From NCBI GenBank assembly GCA_002724395.1, contig PBOR01000038.1, forward strand, positions 26,991-50,990: DNA of 24,000 nt. Direction: 5' to 3'. Positions 7,562 through 17,740 of this stretch are shown piece after piece (position 1 is the first letter of the stretch; each line of letters opens with the position of its first letter). Under the pieces are notes generated by a model. The model was not told the origin of the DNA, did no database searches, and saw only the letters and a program-made list of their open reading frames with translations. Position numbers and translations under genes: made by a program. Source of the stretch: Rhodospirillaceae bacterium. Its GTDB lineage: Bacteria > Pseudomonadota > Alphaproteobacteria > UBA8366.

Positions 7562-8569
7562 TCAGCCTAGCGATCCCAAAGCAACAGCAGTATCTGACAT
7601 GCGATTGGAAAAGCCCCATTCATTATCGTACCAAGACAGAACACGTACCAGCGATCCCTCGATCACTTGTGTCTGAGTCAGGTCAAAAATTGAGCTAGCA
7701 GGGTTGTGGTTGAAGTCTACCGACACCAGCGGCTTTTCGTTAGTGGCTAGCACTCCATTGAGTTTTCCGTTGGCTGCTTTTTTTATAGCGTCGTTTACTT
7801 CTTCGGGCGAGGTATCGCGTTTTGCGTTGAACTTGAAGTCGATTAGCGAGACGTTCGGAGTGGGGACGCGGATCGCTGTTCCGTCCAACTTACCATTAAG
7901 TTCTGGCAAGACAAGTCCAACTGCTTTGGCTGCGCCGGTCGATGTCGGTATCATAGCTTCCGATGCGGCACGTGCTCGTCGCAGATCTCCGTGTAGCGTA
8001 TCGACAGTACTCTGATCTCCTGTGAAGGAGTGTATCGTCGTCATATAGCCGTGCTCGATACCAATCGCCTCGTTTAGCACAAAGGCTACCGGCGCCAAAC
8101 AGTTGGTAGTGCAGGATGCATTGGAGATTACCGTATTGTCAGCGGCCATTTTGTCATCATTGACTCCGTAGACCACGGTCAAATCAACGCCGCTTGCTGG
8201 TGCGGAGATCAATACACGTTTAGCACCCGCGTCTAGATGCATGGAGGCATCTTCTTTGCTGACGAAAATACCGGTACATTCTAATGCCACATCTACGGCT
8301 AAATCGTCCCATGGGAGCTTCTTTGGATCACGCTCGGCGGTGACTTTAATCTTGCCTTTTCCGAGGTCAATCCAGTCCTCACCCGCGGTTACGTCGCCTG
8401 GGAAAATGCCATGCACTGTATCGTATTTGAGAAGATGTGCATTTGCCTCGACGGAGCCAAGATCATTGATGCCAACAAATTCGATGTCGTTCCGCCCAGC
8501 TTCGTAGGCTGCGCGTAAAACTAAACGGCCGATCCGGCCAAAACCATTAATTCCAACTCTAACTGCCAT
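7562..8569 (-). CDS. gap: type I glyceraldehyde-3-phosphate dehydrogenase
   Basis: 335-aa ORF with [11 protein letters not shown] (NAD binding), [12 protein letters not shown] (catalytic Cys) and [11 protein letters not shown]. Confidence 0.95.
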   Translation of the reverse strand: MAVRVGINGFGRIGRLVLRAAYEAGRNDIEFVGINDLGSVEANAHLLKYDTVHGIFPGDVTAGEDWIDLGKGKIKVTAERDPKKLPWDDLAVDVALECTGIFVSKEDASMHLDAGAKRVLISAPASGVDLTVVYGVNDDKMAADNTVISNASCTTNCLAPVAFVLNEAIGIEHGYMTTIHSFTGDQSTVDTLHGDLRRARAASEAMIPTSTGAAKAVGLVLPELNGKLDGTAIRVPTPNVSLIDFKFNAKRDTSPEEVNDAIKKAANGKLNGVLATNEKPLVSVDFNHNPASSIFDLTQTQVIEGSLVRVLSWYDNEWGFSNRMSDTAVALGSLG

Positions 8570-8643
8570 TGATATTCCCCTTAACCACGATGTGCGACTT
8601 TATTTTAGCTTAGTCCGCTTAATATGCCCGAGATTTAAACCGA

Positions 8644-8680
8644 TTGGAGGTTTGGTTCAAGCGAACCTGAATCCCTCCAG
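8644..8680 (-). terminator. nested stem-loop between tkt and gap (weak terminator, attenuator or processing site)
   Basis: The outer stem UGGAGG/CCUCCA encloses the inner stem GGUUC-GCUU-GAACC. On the minus strand it is followed only by AAUCGGUUUAAAU, which is a poor U-tract. Confidence 0.3.
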
Positions 8681-8687
8681 TTGGGGT

Positions 8688-10691
8688 CTAAAGCCGATTC
8701 TTAACTGCATCGACGACCGCATCTGCTGTAATACCGAAATGTTTGTATAGTTCTCCTGCGGGTGCGGATGCGCCGAAACTATTCATACCGATAAAAGCCC
8801 CATCAGTTCCAATATAGCGCTCCCAACCAAATCCGGCCGCTGCCTCTATGGCGACCCGCACGCGGTCAGGCCCCAGAACAGAGCGGCGGTAGGCCTCATC
8901 TTGAGCATCAAATAGCTCAAGACAAGGGGCTGAAACCACAGCGGTTGGGATGCCTTCCTTTTGAAGGCTCTCTTGCGAAGAGAGCGCGATTTCTATTTCT
9001 GAACCGCTAGCGATGATTGTTGCCTGGCGATCACCGTTCGCATCACGCAGAACATACGCCCCACGGCCTGAAGTATTTTCATTTGTATATTCGGTACGGA
9101 CTTGCTCAAGTCCTTGGCGTGTAAGCGCGATGACTGATGGCCCATCTATATTTTCCAATGCCAAGGCCCAACATTCTGCTGTTTCCATTGTATCTGCTGG
9201 GCGGAACAATTTTACGTTGGGCATGGCACGTAGCGCTGCGAGATGCTCTACGGGTTGATGGGTCGGTCCGTCTTCACCGAGTCCAATTGAGTCGTGCGTC
9301 ATGACATAAATGACCCGCTGCTTCATCAGCGCAGAAAGTCGAATTGACGGCCTGCAGTAGTCCGTGAAGATTAAAAAAGTGCCACCAAAGGGAATGACAC
9401 CTCCATGAAGAGCCATGCCATTCATAGCTGCTGCCATCCCATGTTCACGAACGCCGTAATAGATATAATTTCCGGTGAAATTATCAGCCGATATTGCTTC
9501 AGTACCCTTGGCTTTCGTAAGATTTGAGCCGGTGAGATCAGCCGAGCCGCCAATCATCTCCGGTATAGCAGCCACTAATGTGTCAAGGGTGAGTTGGGAC
9601 GCTTGGCGGGTAGCAATTTTTTTTGGTTCGTCTGCAATAGATTTCTTCAATGCCTGAAGGGCGTCTTGCCAATTCGCAGGAAGGGCGCCGTTCATTTGCC
9701 TTTCAAAAGCCTGTTTCTGAGCTGTGTCGATCTTGTTCAGGCGTGCAGTCCATGCAGCTCGATCTGTTTTTCCCCGAGCGCCGACATTTTGCCAGGCAAT
9801 AGAGATTGCCTCTGGAATTGTGAATGGGTCGTGTGGCCAACCGAGTTTCGATCGTGCAGCCATGATTTCGTCATTCCCTAAAGGCGCGCCATGGGTTGCT
9901 GCCGTACCCTGCTTATTGGGAGAGCCGAAGCCAATGATCGTCCGACAGGCAATCATCGAGGGTTGGGCGCTGGCTTGAGCAGCTTCTATGGCCACCGTAA
10001 TAGCATCCGCGTCGTGTCCGTCGATGGCCTGCGTTTGCCAGCCTGCGGCTTGGAAGCGCTTTTGCTGGTCCTCTGTGACAGTCATATCCGTCGCGCCGTC
10101 TATACAAATTCCATTGTCATCAAAAAGCACAATCAGTTTGCCCAGCTGCAAATGGCCGGCCAGTGATATTGCCTCTTGGCTGATGCCTTCCATCAGGCAA
10201 CCGTCACCCGCAAATACATATGTCCGATGATTTACTATTTCATCACCGTAGCGAGCATTCATAAGTCGTTCAGCGAGCGCCATTCCTACGGCGTTGGCAA
10301 TCCCTTGGCCTAGAGGTCCGGTTGTCGTTTCAATACCTGCGGCATGGCCGTATTCCGGATGTCCCGCAGTTCGGCTACCTAGCTGGCGGAAATTTCGGAG
10401 CTGGTCTATGTCAATATCTTCATATCCTGTTAAATACAAAAGCGAATAAAGCAGCATAGACGCATGCCCGTTTGACAATATGAAGCGGTCTCGGTCTGCC
10501 CAGTTTGGCTCGGATGGGTCAAATTTGAGGAATTTTGTAAATAGGACGGTCGCAATATCAGCCATACCCATTGGCGCACCAGGGTGACCTGAGTTGGCGG
10601 CTTGAACGGCATCCATAGAGAGTGCCCGTATGGCATTTGCCATGTCCTTATGGCCTGCGCCGTTCATGTCTTTAACCTCTTTAGCATTCAT
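8688..10691 (-). CDS. tkt: transketolase
   Basis: 667-aa ORF with [17 protein letters not shown] (ThDP motif) and [16 protein letters not shown]. An alternative start at ATG 10667 (MNGAGHKD) has AGAGG 8 nt upstream and may be the true start. Confidence 0.95.
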   Translation of the reverse strand: MNAKEVKDMNGAGHKDMANAIRALSMDAVQAANSGHPGAPMGMADIATVLFTKFLKFDPSEPNWADRDRFILSNGHASMLLYSLLYLTGYEDIDIDQLRNFRQLGSRTAGHPEYGHAAGIETTTGPLGQGIANAVGMALAERLMNARYGDEIVNHRTYVFAGDGCLMEGISQEAISLAGHLQLGKLIVLFDDNGICIDGATDMTVTEDQQKRFQAAGWQTQAIDGHDADAITVAIEAAQASAQPSMIACRTIIGFGSPNKQGTAATHGAPLGNDEIMAARSKLGWPHDPFTIPEAISIAWQNVGARGKTDRAAWTARLNKIDTAQKQAFERQMNGALPANWQDALQALKKSIADEPKKIATRQASQLTLDTLVAAIPEMIGGSADLTGSNLTKAKGTEAISADNFTGNYIYYGVREHGMAAAMNGMALHGGVIPFGGTFLIFTDYCRPSIRLSALMKQRVIYVMTHDSIGLGEDGPTHQPVEHLAALRAMPNVKLFRPADTMETAECWALALENIDGPSVIALTRQGLEQVRTEYTNENTSGRGAYVLRDANGDRQATIIASGSEIEIALSSQESLQKEGIPTAVVSAPCLELFDAQDEAYRRSVLGPDRVRVAIEAAAGFGWERYIGTDGAFIGMNSFGASAPAGELYKHFGITADAVVDAVKNRL

Positions 10692-10952
10692 TAGATGATT
10701 CAGTGTGGTGGTTTGGAAAAATGCAAGGTTGCATTAAAGTGCACCATGCCGCCTTGCCGGAAAGGCGTCAATATGGCGATTTTTATTTGGGGAAATTACT
10801 GAGTTAATACAAACGGAATGAAATTTCTCTGAAAAAAAATGCGTGAACAAATTTGCAAAAACACTTGCATTTTTCTAAAAACAGGTTTTCTCATAATGGG
10901 AATTAGCGACCGAGGACAACACATTGAAACTACTCAATAACACTTATTGCTG

Positions 10953-11186
10953 ATGCCACGTCTTTTTGAGGCAAGAGAGAGATTAGAAGCCGCGATCAAT
11001 CGCCTTGACCGTGCCGTAACCCGCACTGTGGAAGTATCGAAAAATAATCCTGAAAAGCAAGAACTTGAACAAAAATTGCAGGCTGTGAAGGTTGAAAGCG
11101 AAAGGCTGAAGGCAGAAAGGCGTCAAGTGGCAGACCGACTCGGAAAGTCAATTCAACACTTTAAAAAAATCTTGGATGCAAAATAG
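10953..11186 (+). CDS. DUF4164-like small coiled-coil protein upstream of zapA
   Basis: 77-aa (from ATG 10953) Glu/Lys/Arg-rich heptad-like sequence, LEAAINRLDRAV...LQAVKVESERLKAERRQVADRL. Its position directly upstream of zapA is typical of alphaproteobacteria as I remember it. Confidence 0.65.
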   Translation: MPRLFEARERLEAAINRLDRAVTRTVEVSKNNPEKQELEQKLQAVKVESERLKAERRQVADRLGKSIQHFKKILDAK

Positions 11187-11195
11187 GAAACGCTG

Positions 11196-11561
11196 ATGAG
11201 CGACCTTTCGATCACTGTTAATGGGAGGAGCTACACTGTCACTTGCGAAAATGGTGCGGAAGCTCATTTGGAGCAATTGGCAAACTATGTTGATAAACGG
11301 GTTACGGAGATTGCGGACTCCGTCGGCCAGGTGGGCGAGACGAGGTTGATGCTCATGGCGAGTTTGCTTGTTGCGGATGAACTCGCTGACGCCTATGCCG
11401 CACTATCAGCCGAGCGTGGCGAAAGCGATGTCGGGTTATTTGAACGCTCAGGGGGCGAGAAGATGCAAGTGTCCGATGACCCGCCCACGCCAGATTTGCT
11501 TGAAAAGCTTGCTGAGCGGGTCGAAGCACTTGCTGGTAAGCTGGAGGAGGGCGGGGTATAG
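11196..11561 (+). CDS. zapA: cell division protein ZapA
   Basis: 121-aa ORF. ITVNGRSYTVTCENGAEAHLEQLANYVDKRV...ETRLMLMASLLVADEL is the ZapA fold signature. The zapA-ssrS-5-FCL synteny is present. Confidence 0.85.
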   Translation: MSDLSITVNGRSYTVTCENGAEAHLEQLANYVDKRVTEIADSVGQVGETRLMLMASLLVADELADAYAALSAERGESDVGLFERSGGEKMQVSDDPPTPDLLEKLAERVEALAGKLEEGGV

Positions 11562-11564
11562 AGA

Positions 11565-11732
11565 TGCCTAACCGCTGCGCGGTGCGTGAGGTCTCGAATA
11601 TCCCGGGGGCGATAACATTCTTTGGGGAACTGTCCCTGCTGAGGTCGTGGCCTCGGTATATGGTGCCCACCTGGTTATCCAGGTCCCATGAGGATGTACC
11701 CGACCAACGGCCGTCGCGGCGGTGCTTACTCT
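11565..11732 (+). ncRNA. ssrS: 6S RNA (ends approximate)
   Basis: This non-coding gap lies between zapA and 5-formyl-THF cyclo-ligase, the conserved ssrS position (E. coli zapA-ssrS-ygfA). A 9-bp closing stem pairs ACCGCUGCG (11571-11579) with CGCGGCGGU (11715-11723), extended by GGUC (11590-11593) with GACC (11702-11705). Internal hairpins are GAGG-UCGUGG-CCUC (11641-11654) and CCUGG-UUAU-CCAGG (11670-11683). The length of about 155-165 nt fits 6S RNA. Confidence 0.6.
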
Positions 11733-11736
11733 TAAA

Positions 11737-12318
11737 ATGAATGATGTCGCTCATCATAAACGCCTGTTGAGGGCTGAAGCGAAAATCCGAAGAGCGGGGC
11801 TTGCAGAGGACCCTAAAGTGTCGGCCAACCTATTGGCAAAAAATTTTTGCAGTTGCCTCGATACCTTTGGCGCTGGAATTTTTTCAGCCTATTGGCCCAC
11901 CAAAGATGAAATAGACGTTAGGCCTTTGATGTCTCAACTAACTCGGTTGGGCAGGGAAGTTTTGTTACCGGCAGTAGTTGAATTTGATGGGGCGTTAATT
12001 TTCCAAGTTTGGTCTGAGGATGTAATGTTGGAAGAGGGTCCTCTAGGGACAATGCAACCTGTTGTTGGACAAATAGAAATGACACCCAACATCTTATTGA
12101 TGCCACTTCTTGCATTTGACGCTGACGGCGGTCGACTTGGTTATGGAGGTGGCTACTACGACCGAACGCTTGCGGCATTGCGCAAAGACGGGCACATAAC
12201 TGCTGTTGGCGTTGCCTATGCTGGGCAGGAAATAGCTCACGTGCCTATGACCATAGATGATGAATACCTCGATTGGATAGCGACCGAAAATGGCATTAGA
12301 AAACTGAGCGCCAGGTAA
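11737..12318 (+). CDS. 5-formyltetrahydrofolate cyclo-ligase
   Basis: Has the GYGGGYYDRTL motif and the typical size of about 193 aa. The track start GTG 11722 would sit inside the 6S closing stem, so I prefer ATG 11737 (MNDVAHHKRLLR). Confidence 0.85.
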   Translation: MNDVAHHKRLLRAEAKIRRAGLAEDPKVSANLLAKNFCSCLDTFGAGIFSAYWPTKDEIDVRPLMSQLTRLGREVLLPAVVEFDGALIFQVWSEDVMLEEGPLGTMQPVVGQIEMTPNILLMPLLAFDADGGRLGYGGGYYDRTLAALRKDGHITAVGVAYAGQEIAHVPMTIDDEYLDWIATENGIRKLSAR

Positions 12319-12328
12319 TGAACGGAAC

Positions 12329-13150
12329 ATGATGAAAATATTATTTTTAGGCGACATTGTTGCTAAAAGCGGTCGTACGGTCGTATTGGAGGAATTACCC
12401 TCTTTACGGCGTGATCTAAAGCTCGACTTTGTCATTGCAAATGCAGAAAATGCCGCCCACGGATTTGGCGTTACTGACAAAATTTGCATCCAACTTTACA
12501 AGGCAGGGGTAGATGTCATTACCGGCGGTAATCATAGTTGGGATAAGCCTGAAATTATTCCCTATATTGCCCAGGAACAAAGATTACTCAGGCCTCTAAA
12601 CTACCCTGAGACGACACCGGGTCGCGGTGTAGGCACGTTCAACGACGGTTCGGGGCGGAAAGTTAAGGTTGTCAATATTATGACAAGACTCTTCATGGAA
12701 TTGTTGGATGACCCGTTTACGGCCCTGTCGAGGGAGTTGCCGCCCGGTACACCTAAATCTGCAGGATTTGAGGCAATAATTGTGGATATTCATGGTGAGG
12801 CGACCAGCGAGAAAATGGCATTAGGGCATGTCGCTGATGGACATGCCAGCCTCGTGGTTGGAACTCATACGCATGTACCAACGGCGGACACGCAAATTTT
12901 GGTGGGAGGTACAGGATTTCATACGGACGCGGGGATGTGTGGCGATTATGATTCGGTAATTGGTATGCATAAAGAGGCATCTATAGCTAATTTTCGCCGG
13001 AAATTTCCGCGAGAGCGTCTGACGCCTGCTGTTGGAGAGGCAACCTTATGCGGAACTTATATCGAGACTGACCCCACTACTGGCCTTGCGGCCCGTATTG
13101 AGCAAGTGCGATTGGGTGGCCGCCTCCAGCGCCAATTGCCGGAACTATAA
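12329..13150 (+). CDS. YmdB-like metallophosphoesterase (TIGR00282 family)
   Basis: 273-aa ORF with MKILFLGDIVAKSGR, ANAENAAHGFG, GGNHSWD, DIHGEATSEK and GTHTHVPTAD, which are calcineurin-like metal-binding motifs in YmdB order. Confidence 0.85.
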   Translation: MMKILFLGDIVAKSGRTVVLEELPSLRRDLKLDFVIANAENAAHGFGVTDKICIQLYKAGVDVITGGNHSWDKPEIIPYIAQEQRLLRPLNYPETTPGRGVGTFNDGSGRKVKVVNIMTRLFMELLDDPFTALSRELPPGTPKSAGFEAIIVDIHGEATSEKMALGHVADGHASLVVGTHTHVPTADTQILVGGTGFHTDAGMCGDYDSVIGMHKEASIANFRRKFPRERLTPAVGEATLCGTYIETDPTTGLAARIEQVRLGGRLQRQLPEL

Positions 13151-13308
13151 GTCTGGTTACTATTCCCCAGAGTTTCGTTGATACAATTAGGGTTAGGTGC
13201 TGGGCGGACTCGGTTCAGGAGAAATAGATTTAGCTCCGAACGGCACCGAGCCGGTTCAAAGGCCGGATTGTCAGCTATACGATTTGATGGTTTGAGAAAT
13301 CGATGTGA

Positions 13309-13324
13309 AATCGCTTAAGCGATT
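13309..13324. promoter_or_regulatory. perfect 16-bp palindrome AATCGCTTAAGCGATT (candidate operator)
   Basis: Read directly from the sequence. An additional GAAATCGAT half-site-like copy lies immediately upstream (13297-13305). The palindrome sits in the long ymdB-yebC spacer. Confidence 0.25.
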
Positions 13325-13612
13325 AAAGGCACTCTCCTCAGGCGTTATCGCATTAAAAGATAAAAAGTGCAGGCTGGGACAATAATTAAATTTGAATTTT
13401 AGCGCTGTTGGTTACTCTTTTAGAGAGCGATCGAATTATCGGGCACCGTTTTTGATTATTTTCGGGAAATAGTAATACTCGCCCAATTCTTGACATATTG
13501 AGCCGATAGAAATCATTCGAAATGCTGTCTTTTTGAACTCTACATCTGGTATAAGCTGGGCAGTGACACGCCGAATATTGTAAATTATGGATTATTGGGT
13601 GGAAAAGGAAGT

Positions 13613-14362
13613 ATGGCTGGCCATTCACAATTTAAAAATATCATGTATCGCAAGGGCGCTCAGGATAAAAAGCGCGCTAAACTTTTCGCTAAACTGGGGC
13701 GCGAACTTACGGTTGCCGCTAAAATGGGCGGAGACGACCCGAGCGCAAACCCAAGGTTACGCGCTGCGATTGTTGCTGCGCGCAGCGGTAATATGCCGAA
13801 AGATAATGTCGACCGGGCTATTAAAAAAGGCGCTGGCGGCGGCGAAGGCGATGATTATGAAGAGATCCGTTATGAAGGTTACGGGCCGGGTGGTGTTGCT
13901 ATAATCGTCGAAGCTTTGACAGATAACCGAAATAGAACTGCTTCCGAGGTGAGGTCTATTTTCTCAAAAAATGGTGGCAGTTTAGCGGAATCAGGGGCGG
14001 TAAGCTTCATGTTTGAGCGTGTCGGAGAAGTGCGTTTCGAGGCAGATGCTGCCAATGCAGAAAGTATGTTTGAATCAGCGCTGGAGGCCGGCGCAAATGA
14101 CGTGATTTCGTCAGAAGACGGACATGAAATTATTTGTCAGGCCGATGATTTGCATGTTGTGTCACAAGCACTTGAGGCTGCATTTGGAGAGCCATCATCA
14201 GCGAAGCTCATTTGGAGGGCACAAAATGCTATGGATGTGGACGAAAAAGCCGCGGCTACGCTCCTTAATCTTTTCGATGCGCTTGATGACAATGACGATG
14301 TTCAATCAGTTTCAGCGAACTTTGAAATTGCCGATGATGTTTTGGCGCGGTTGACAGCTTGA
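13613..14362 (+). CDS. yebC: YebC/PmpR family DNA-binding transcriptional regulator
   Basis: [31 protein letters not shown]...NPRLRAAI is the family N-terminus. ATG 13613 is preceded by AAGGAAG. The track's TTG 13595 adds 6 non-conserved residues. Confidence 0.92.
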   Translation: MAGHSQFKNIMYRKGAQDKKRAKLFAKLGRELTVAAKMGGDDPSANPRLRAAIVAARSGNMPKDNVDRAIKKGAGGGEGDDYEEIRYEGYGPGGVAIIVEALTDNRNRTASEVRSIFSKNGGSLAESGAVSFMFERVGEVRFEADAANAESMFESALEAGANDVISSEDGHEIICQADDLHVVSQALEAAFGEPSSAKLIWRAQNAMDVDEKAAATLLNLFDALDDNDDVQSVSANFEIADDVLARLTA

Positions 14363-14375
14363 GGCTGATAGTTAA

Positions 14376-14891
14376 ATGCGGATAATCGGGCTGGATCCAG
14401 GTTTGCGGAATACCGGATGGGGTATTATCGAGGTTGAGTCAAACCGATTTCATTATGTTGCAGATGGCACCGTTCGCCCGAAGGTTGATCAACAGTTGGC
14501 CTGGCGATTGCGCGATCTTTATCATGGTCTGTCTGAAGCTATTGCCGAGTTCGTGCCCGATGAAGCGGCAGTCGAGGAAACTTTCGTGAATACAAATCCC
14601 AAATCTACGTTGAAGTTGGGCGAAGCGCGAGGCGTTGTTTTGTTGACGCCCGCATTGCTAGAGCTTCCTGTGGCGGAATACGCGGCTAATAAAGTTAAGA
14701 AAGCTGTTGTTGGAGCCGGCCATGCGTCGAAGGAACAAGTCCAAATGATGGTGGGCCGGATTTTGCCCGGCTGCTCCTTTTCAAGCCCCGATGCGGCAGA
14801 CGCGCTTGCAGTTGCAATTTGCCACGCAAATCTTCGAGAGACAGCGATGCGTTGGCAGGAAAGCGAAAATATGGGGAGGTTACAATCATGA
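14376..14891 (+). CDS. ruvC: crossover junction endodeoxyribonuclease RuvC
   Basis: MRIIGLDPGLRNTGWGII, EETFVNTNPKSTLKLGEARG and PDAADALAVAICH. Confidence 0.95.
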   Translation: MRIIGLDPGLRNTGWGIIEVESNRFHYVADGTVRPKVDQQLAWRLRDLYHGLSEAIAEFVPDEAAVEETFVNTNPKSTLKLGEARGVVLLTPALLELPVAEYAANKVKKAVVGAGHASKEQVQMMVGRILPGCSFSSPDAADALAVAICHANLRETAMRWQESENMGRLQS

Positions 14892-15499
14892 TAGCTAAAC
14901 TCACGGGCATTCTCGACTCAGTGGGGGACGAATGGGCGATCATTGATGTTGGTGGTGTTGGTTATATTGTATTTTGTCCGAGTCGAACCTTGGCTGCACT
15001 GCCGCAATCGGGCCAGGCCATTACATTTCATATTGAGACCCATGTGCGCGAAGATCATATCCACCTTTACGGATTTAGCGATGTATCTGAGCGAGAATGG
15101 TTCCGAATCTTAACCACAGTTCAAGGAGTTGGCGCGAAAGTGGCATTGGCGATCATGTCGGTGCTAAACGGCGATGAGCTGACGGATGCGGTCATTGCTG
15201 AGGATAAGGCTGCTATAGCGCGGGCAAACGGTGTTGGGCCCAAGCTTGCGGCGCGTATTGTCATTGAGCTGAAAGATAAGATAGGCGCTTTGACAATCGG
15301 TAGCGCTGCAAAGTTGGCTGCTTCTTTGTCGCCAGAGGGAGACGTTACATCGGATCAAGACGCGGTGTCGGCGCTTGTGAATTTAGGATTTTCGAGGATA
15401 CAGGCCGTTGGCGCTGTGGCGCGGGCCAACCAGGAATTAGGTGCAAATGCGGTGCTGGATGATTTGATCAAGTCTGGTCTAAAGGAACTTAGTCAATGA
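14888..15499 (+). CDS. ruvA: Holliday junction branch migration complex subunit RuvA
   Basis: [12 protein letters not shown]...VGGVGY and the HhH motifs [12 protein letters not shown] and [12 protein letters not shown]. The start overlaps the ruvC stop as ATGA. The longer track ORF from 14819 is an upstream extension inside ruvC. Confidence 0.95.
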   Translation: MIAKLTGILDSVGDEWAIIDVGGVGYIVFCPSRTLAALPQSGQAITFHIETHVREDHIHLYGFSDVSEREWFRILTTVQGVGAKVALAIMSVLNGDELTDAVIAEDKAAIARANGVGPKLAARIVIELKDKIGALTIGSAAKLAASLSPEGDVTSDQDAVSALVNLGFSRIQAVGAVARANQELGANAVLDDLIKSGLKELSQ

Positions 15500-16554
15500 G
15501 CGATACGTTGGACCGAGTGGTAACTCCAGAGTTTGCTGACGCTGATCAGCCTGAAAATAATATCCGGCCTCAGACGCTAAGCGCTTTTATTGGGCAAAAA
15601 TCTGTGCGTGAAAACCTTGCTGTTTTTATCAACGCTGCCAAGACGCGCGGCGAGGCTCTGGACCATACATTGCTGTTTGGTCCCCCAGGTCTTGGTAAGA
15701 CTACATTAGCACAAATTGTTTCGCGGGAATTGGCAGTCGGGTTTCGCGCATCATCTGGCCCCGTGATCGCCAAAGCTGGCGACCTGGCGGCTATACTTAC
15801 TAATTTACAGCCCAATGATGTGCTGTTTATTGATGAAATTCATCGACTAAATCCGGCCATCGAAGAAGTACTCTATCCAGCGATGGAAGATTTCCAACTC
15901 GATTTGATAATCGGTGAAGGACCGTCTGCGCGTTCTATTAGAATAGATTTGCCGCCCTTCACGTTGGTGGGAGCAACGACACGATCGGGTTTGATAACTA
16001 CGCCGTTGCGCGAGAGGTTTGGTATTCAATTACGTATGAACTTTTACGAAGAGACTGAATTGCAGGAAATTATTGAACGTGGTGCTGGGCTGCTCGGATT
16101 TGATTTGACTGATGATGGCGCGAATGAGATTGCGAAGCGTAGCAGAGGCACCCCGCGTGTATCCGGTCGCCTGCTTCGGCGTGTAAGGGATTTTGCACTG
16201 GTTGATGGTGTTACAAAAGTGAATGCAAAGTCGGCGGATGCTGCACTTATAAAACTAGGTGTAGATGCTAAGGGTTTGGATACGATGGACCGACGCTATT
16301 TATCTATTATTGCAGACCATTACGATGGCGGGCCTGTCGGGGTCGAGACCTTGGCTGCGGCATTGGCCGAACAACGCGATGTGCTTGAGGAAGTCATTGA
16401 GCCTTATCTTATTCAGCAAGGTCTTCTGCAACGCACGCCGCGAGGCCGAATCCTTACTGTTCAAGCTTGGCGTTATCTTGGAATGGAAGCACCGAAAGAT
16501 GCAGCGGATCAGCTGGAGCTATTGGAAACAGACAAGGTGAGTGACCATGTCTAA
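15496..16554 (+). CDS. ruvB: Holliday junction branch migration DNA helicase RuvB
   Basis: Walker [10 protein letters not shown], Walker [10 protein letters not shown], and [16 protein letters not shown]. There is an ATGA overlap with the ruvA stop. Confidence 0.96.
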   Translation: MSDTLDRVVTPEFADADQPENNIRPQTLSAFIGQKSVRENLAVFINAAKTRGEALDHTLLFGPPGLGKTTLAQIVSRELAVGFRASSGPVIAKAGDLAAILTNLQPNDVLFIDEIHRLNPAIEEVLYPAMEDFQLDLIIGEGPSARSIRIDLPPFTLVGATTRSGLITTPLRERFGIQLRMNFYEETELQEIIERGAGLLGFDLTDDGANEIAKRSRGTPRVSGRLLRRVRDFALVDGVTKVNAKSADAALIKLGVDAKGLDTMDRRYLSIIADHYDGGPVGVETLAAALAEQRDVLEEVIEPYLIQQGLLQRTPRGRILTVQAWRYLGMEAPKDAADQLELLETDKVSDHV

Positions 16555-16975
16555 AGTTGCAATTAGCAAGCGGCACGTTTTCCCAATGCGAGTGTATTAC
16601 GAAGATACTGACGCTGGCGGCGTTGTTTTTTACGCTAATTATCTGAATTTTGCTGAGCGAGCTCGTAGTGAATTACTGCGCTCCATCGGCACTGACAACC
16701 GCAAACTAAAAGATCAGCACGGGATATTGTTTGCGGTTAGTGGTTGCGAAGTGAAGTATAAAAAACCCGCAAGATTAGATGACATGCTTGAAGTCCACAC
16801 AGTGCTGACCAATGTGGGTGCCGCCAAATTGACTGCGGCACAGACTGTCAAGCGAGATGGGGAGGATTTAGTATTAATGGATGTGGATTTGGCTTGCCTC
16901 AACGAAGCAGGTCGACCGGCGCGACTGCCTGCACTTCTTCGTGAAGCGTTGATGGCGGCTAGTAATTGTCATTAG
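16541..16975 (+). CDS. ybgC: tol-pal system-associated acyl-CoA thioesterase YbgC
   Basis: [25 protein letters not shown] is the 4HBT/YbgC signature, and the gene lies directly upstream of tolQ. The start may be ATG 16547 rather than GTG 16541. Confidence 0.88.
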   Translation: MTMSKVAISKRHVFPMRVYYEDTDAGGVVFYANYLNFAERARSELLRSIGTDNRKLKDQHGILFAVSGCEVKYKKPARLDDMLEVHTVLTNVGAAKLTAAQTVKRDGEDLVLMDVDLACLNEAGRPARLPALLREALMAASNCH

Positions 16976-17008
16976 TTTAGCGAATTTAGAAAAAGAACGA
17001 GCTTAAAT

Positions 17009-17740
17009 ATGGAACAAACGGTCATCGATGCGGTTACTTTGGGGGGCTCAAAGGAAGCCATGGATCTATCGATCATGAGCCTGTTTTGGCGTGCCCACTG
17101 GGTGGTGAAAGCCGTAATGGTAATGCTGCTTGTAGCATCCGTGTGGAGTTGGGCCATTATTTTGGATAAAGTCTGGCGATTGAGACGTTTACATCTCAGC
17201 GCGGTGCAGTTTGAAGATGCCTTTTGGTCCGGTGGTTCACTGGACGATTTATATGAAAGGATTAGTCAGCAGCCGCAAGACCCGATGACAGCGGTCTTTT
17301 CGTCGGCTATGCGCGAGTGGCGTCGCGCCTCAACGAAGGGCGCGATTGAGCAAGGACTCGCTGAGGTGTTACGGGATCGCATTGATAGGGTAATGCAGAT
17401 CACGCTTGGACGTGAAATGGAGGGTCTAGAGCGTTATATGACGTTTTTGGCTTCTGTGGGCTCGACCGCTCCTTTTGTTGGTCTCTTTGGAACCGTTTGG
17501 GGTATCATGAACTCGTTTCAGGCAATTGCGGTTACCAAACAAACCAGCCTAGCGGTAGTGGCGCCGGGTATCGCCGAAGCATTGTTGGCTACCGCTCTTG
17601 GACTGGTTGCAGCAATTCCAGCGGTTATTGGTTATAACAAAATTTCTTCGGAACTTGGCCGTTACGGTGGCCGAATGGAGGCTTTCGCCGGTGAGTTCAG
17701 TGCGATTTTGTCACGCCAAATGGAAGAAGGGAGCAAATAA
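17009..17740 (+). CDS. tolQ: Tol-Pal system protein TolQ
   Basis: 243-aa MotA/TolQ/ExbB family protein with three TM segments, STAPFVGLFGTVWGIMNSF and APGIAEALLATALGL. Confidence 0.95.
   Translation: MEQTVIDAVTLGGSKEAMDLSIMSLFWRAHWVVKAVMVMLLVASVWSWAIILDKVWRLRRLHLSAVQFEDAFWSGGSLDDLYERISQQPQDPMTAVFSSAMREWRRASTKGAIEQGLAEVLRDRIDRVMQITLGREMEGLERYMTFLASVGSTAPFVGLFGTVWGIMNSFQAIAVTKQTSLAVVAPGIAEALLATALGLVAAIPAVIGYNKISSELGRYGGRMEAFAGEFSAILSRQMEEGSK

Noticed and set aside
11353-11757. 134-aa minus-strand ORF and 67-aa plus-strand ORF across the zapA 3' end and the zapA/5-FCL spacer
   Set aside because: They overlap zapA and the 6S RNA candidate, their translations are Arg/Ser/Pro-rich, and the conserved zapA-ssrS-5-FCL synteny explains the region better.
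13386-13628. 80-aa minus-strand ORF in the ymdB-yebC spacer
   Set aside because: It is AT-rich, has an implausible Cys/His/Asn composition, has no RBS, and overlaps the yebC start. It is more likely non-coding promoter DNA.
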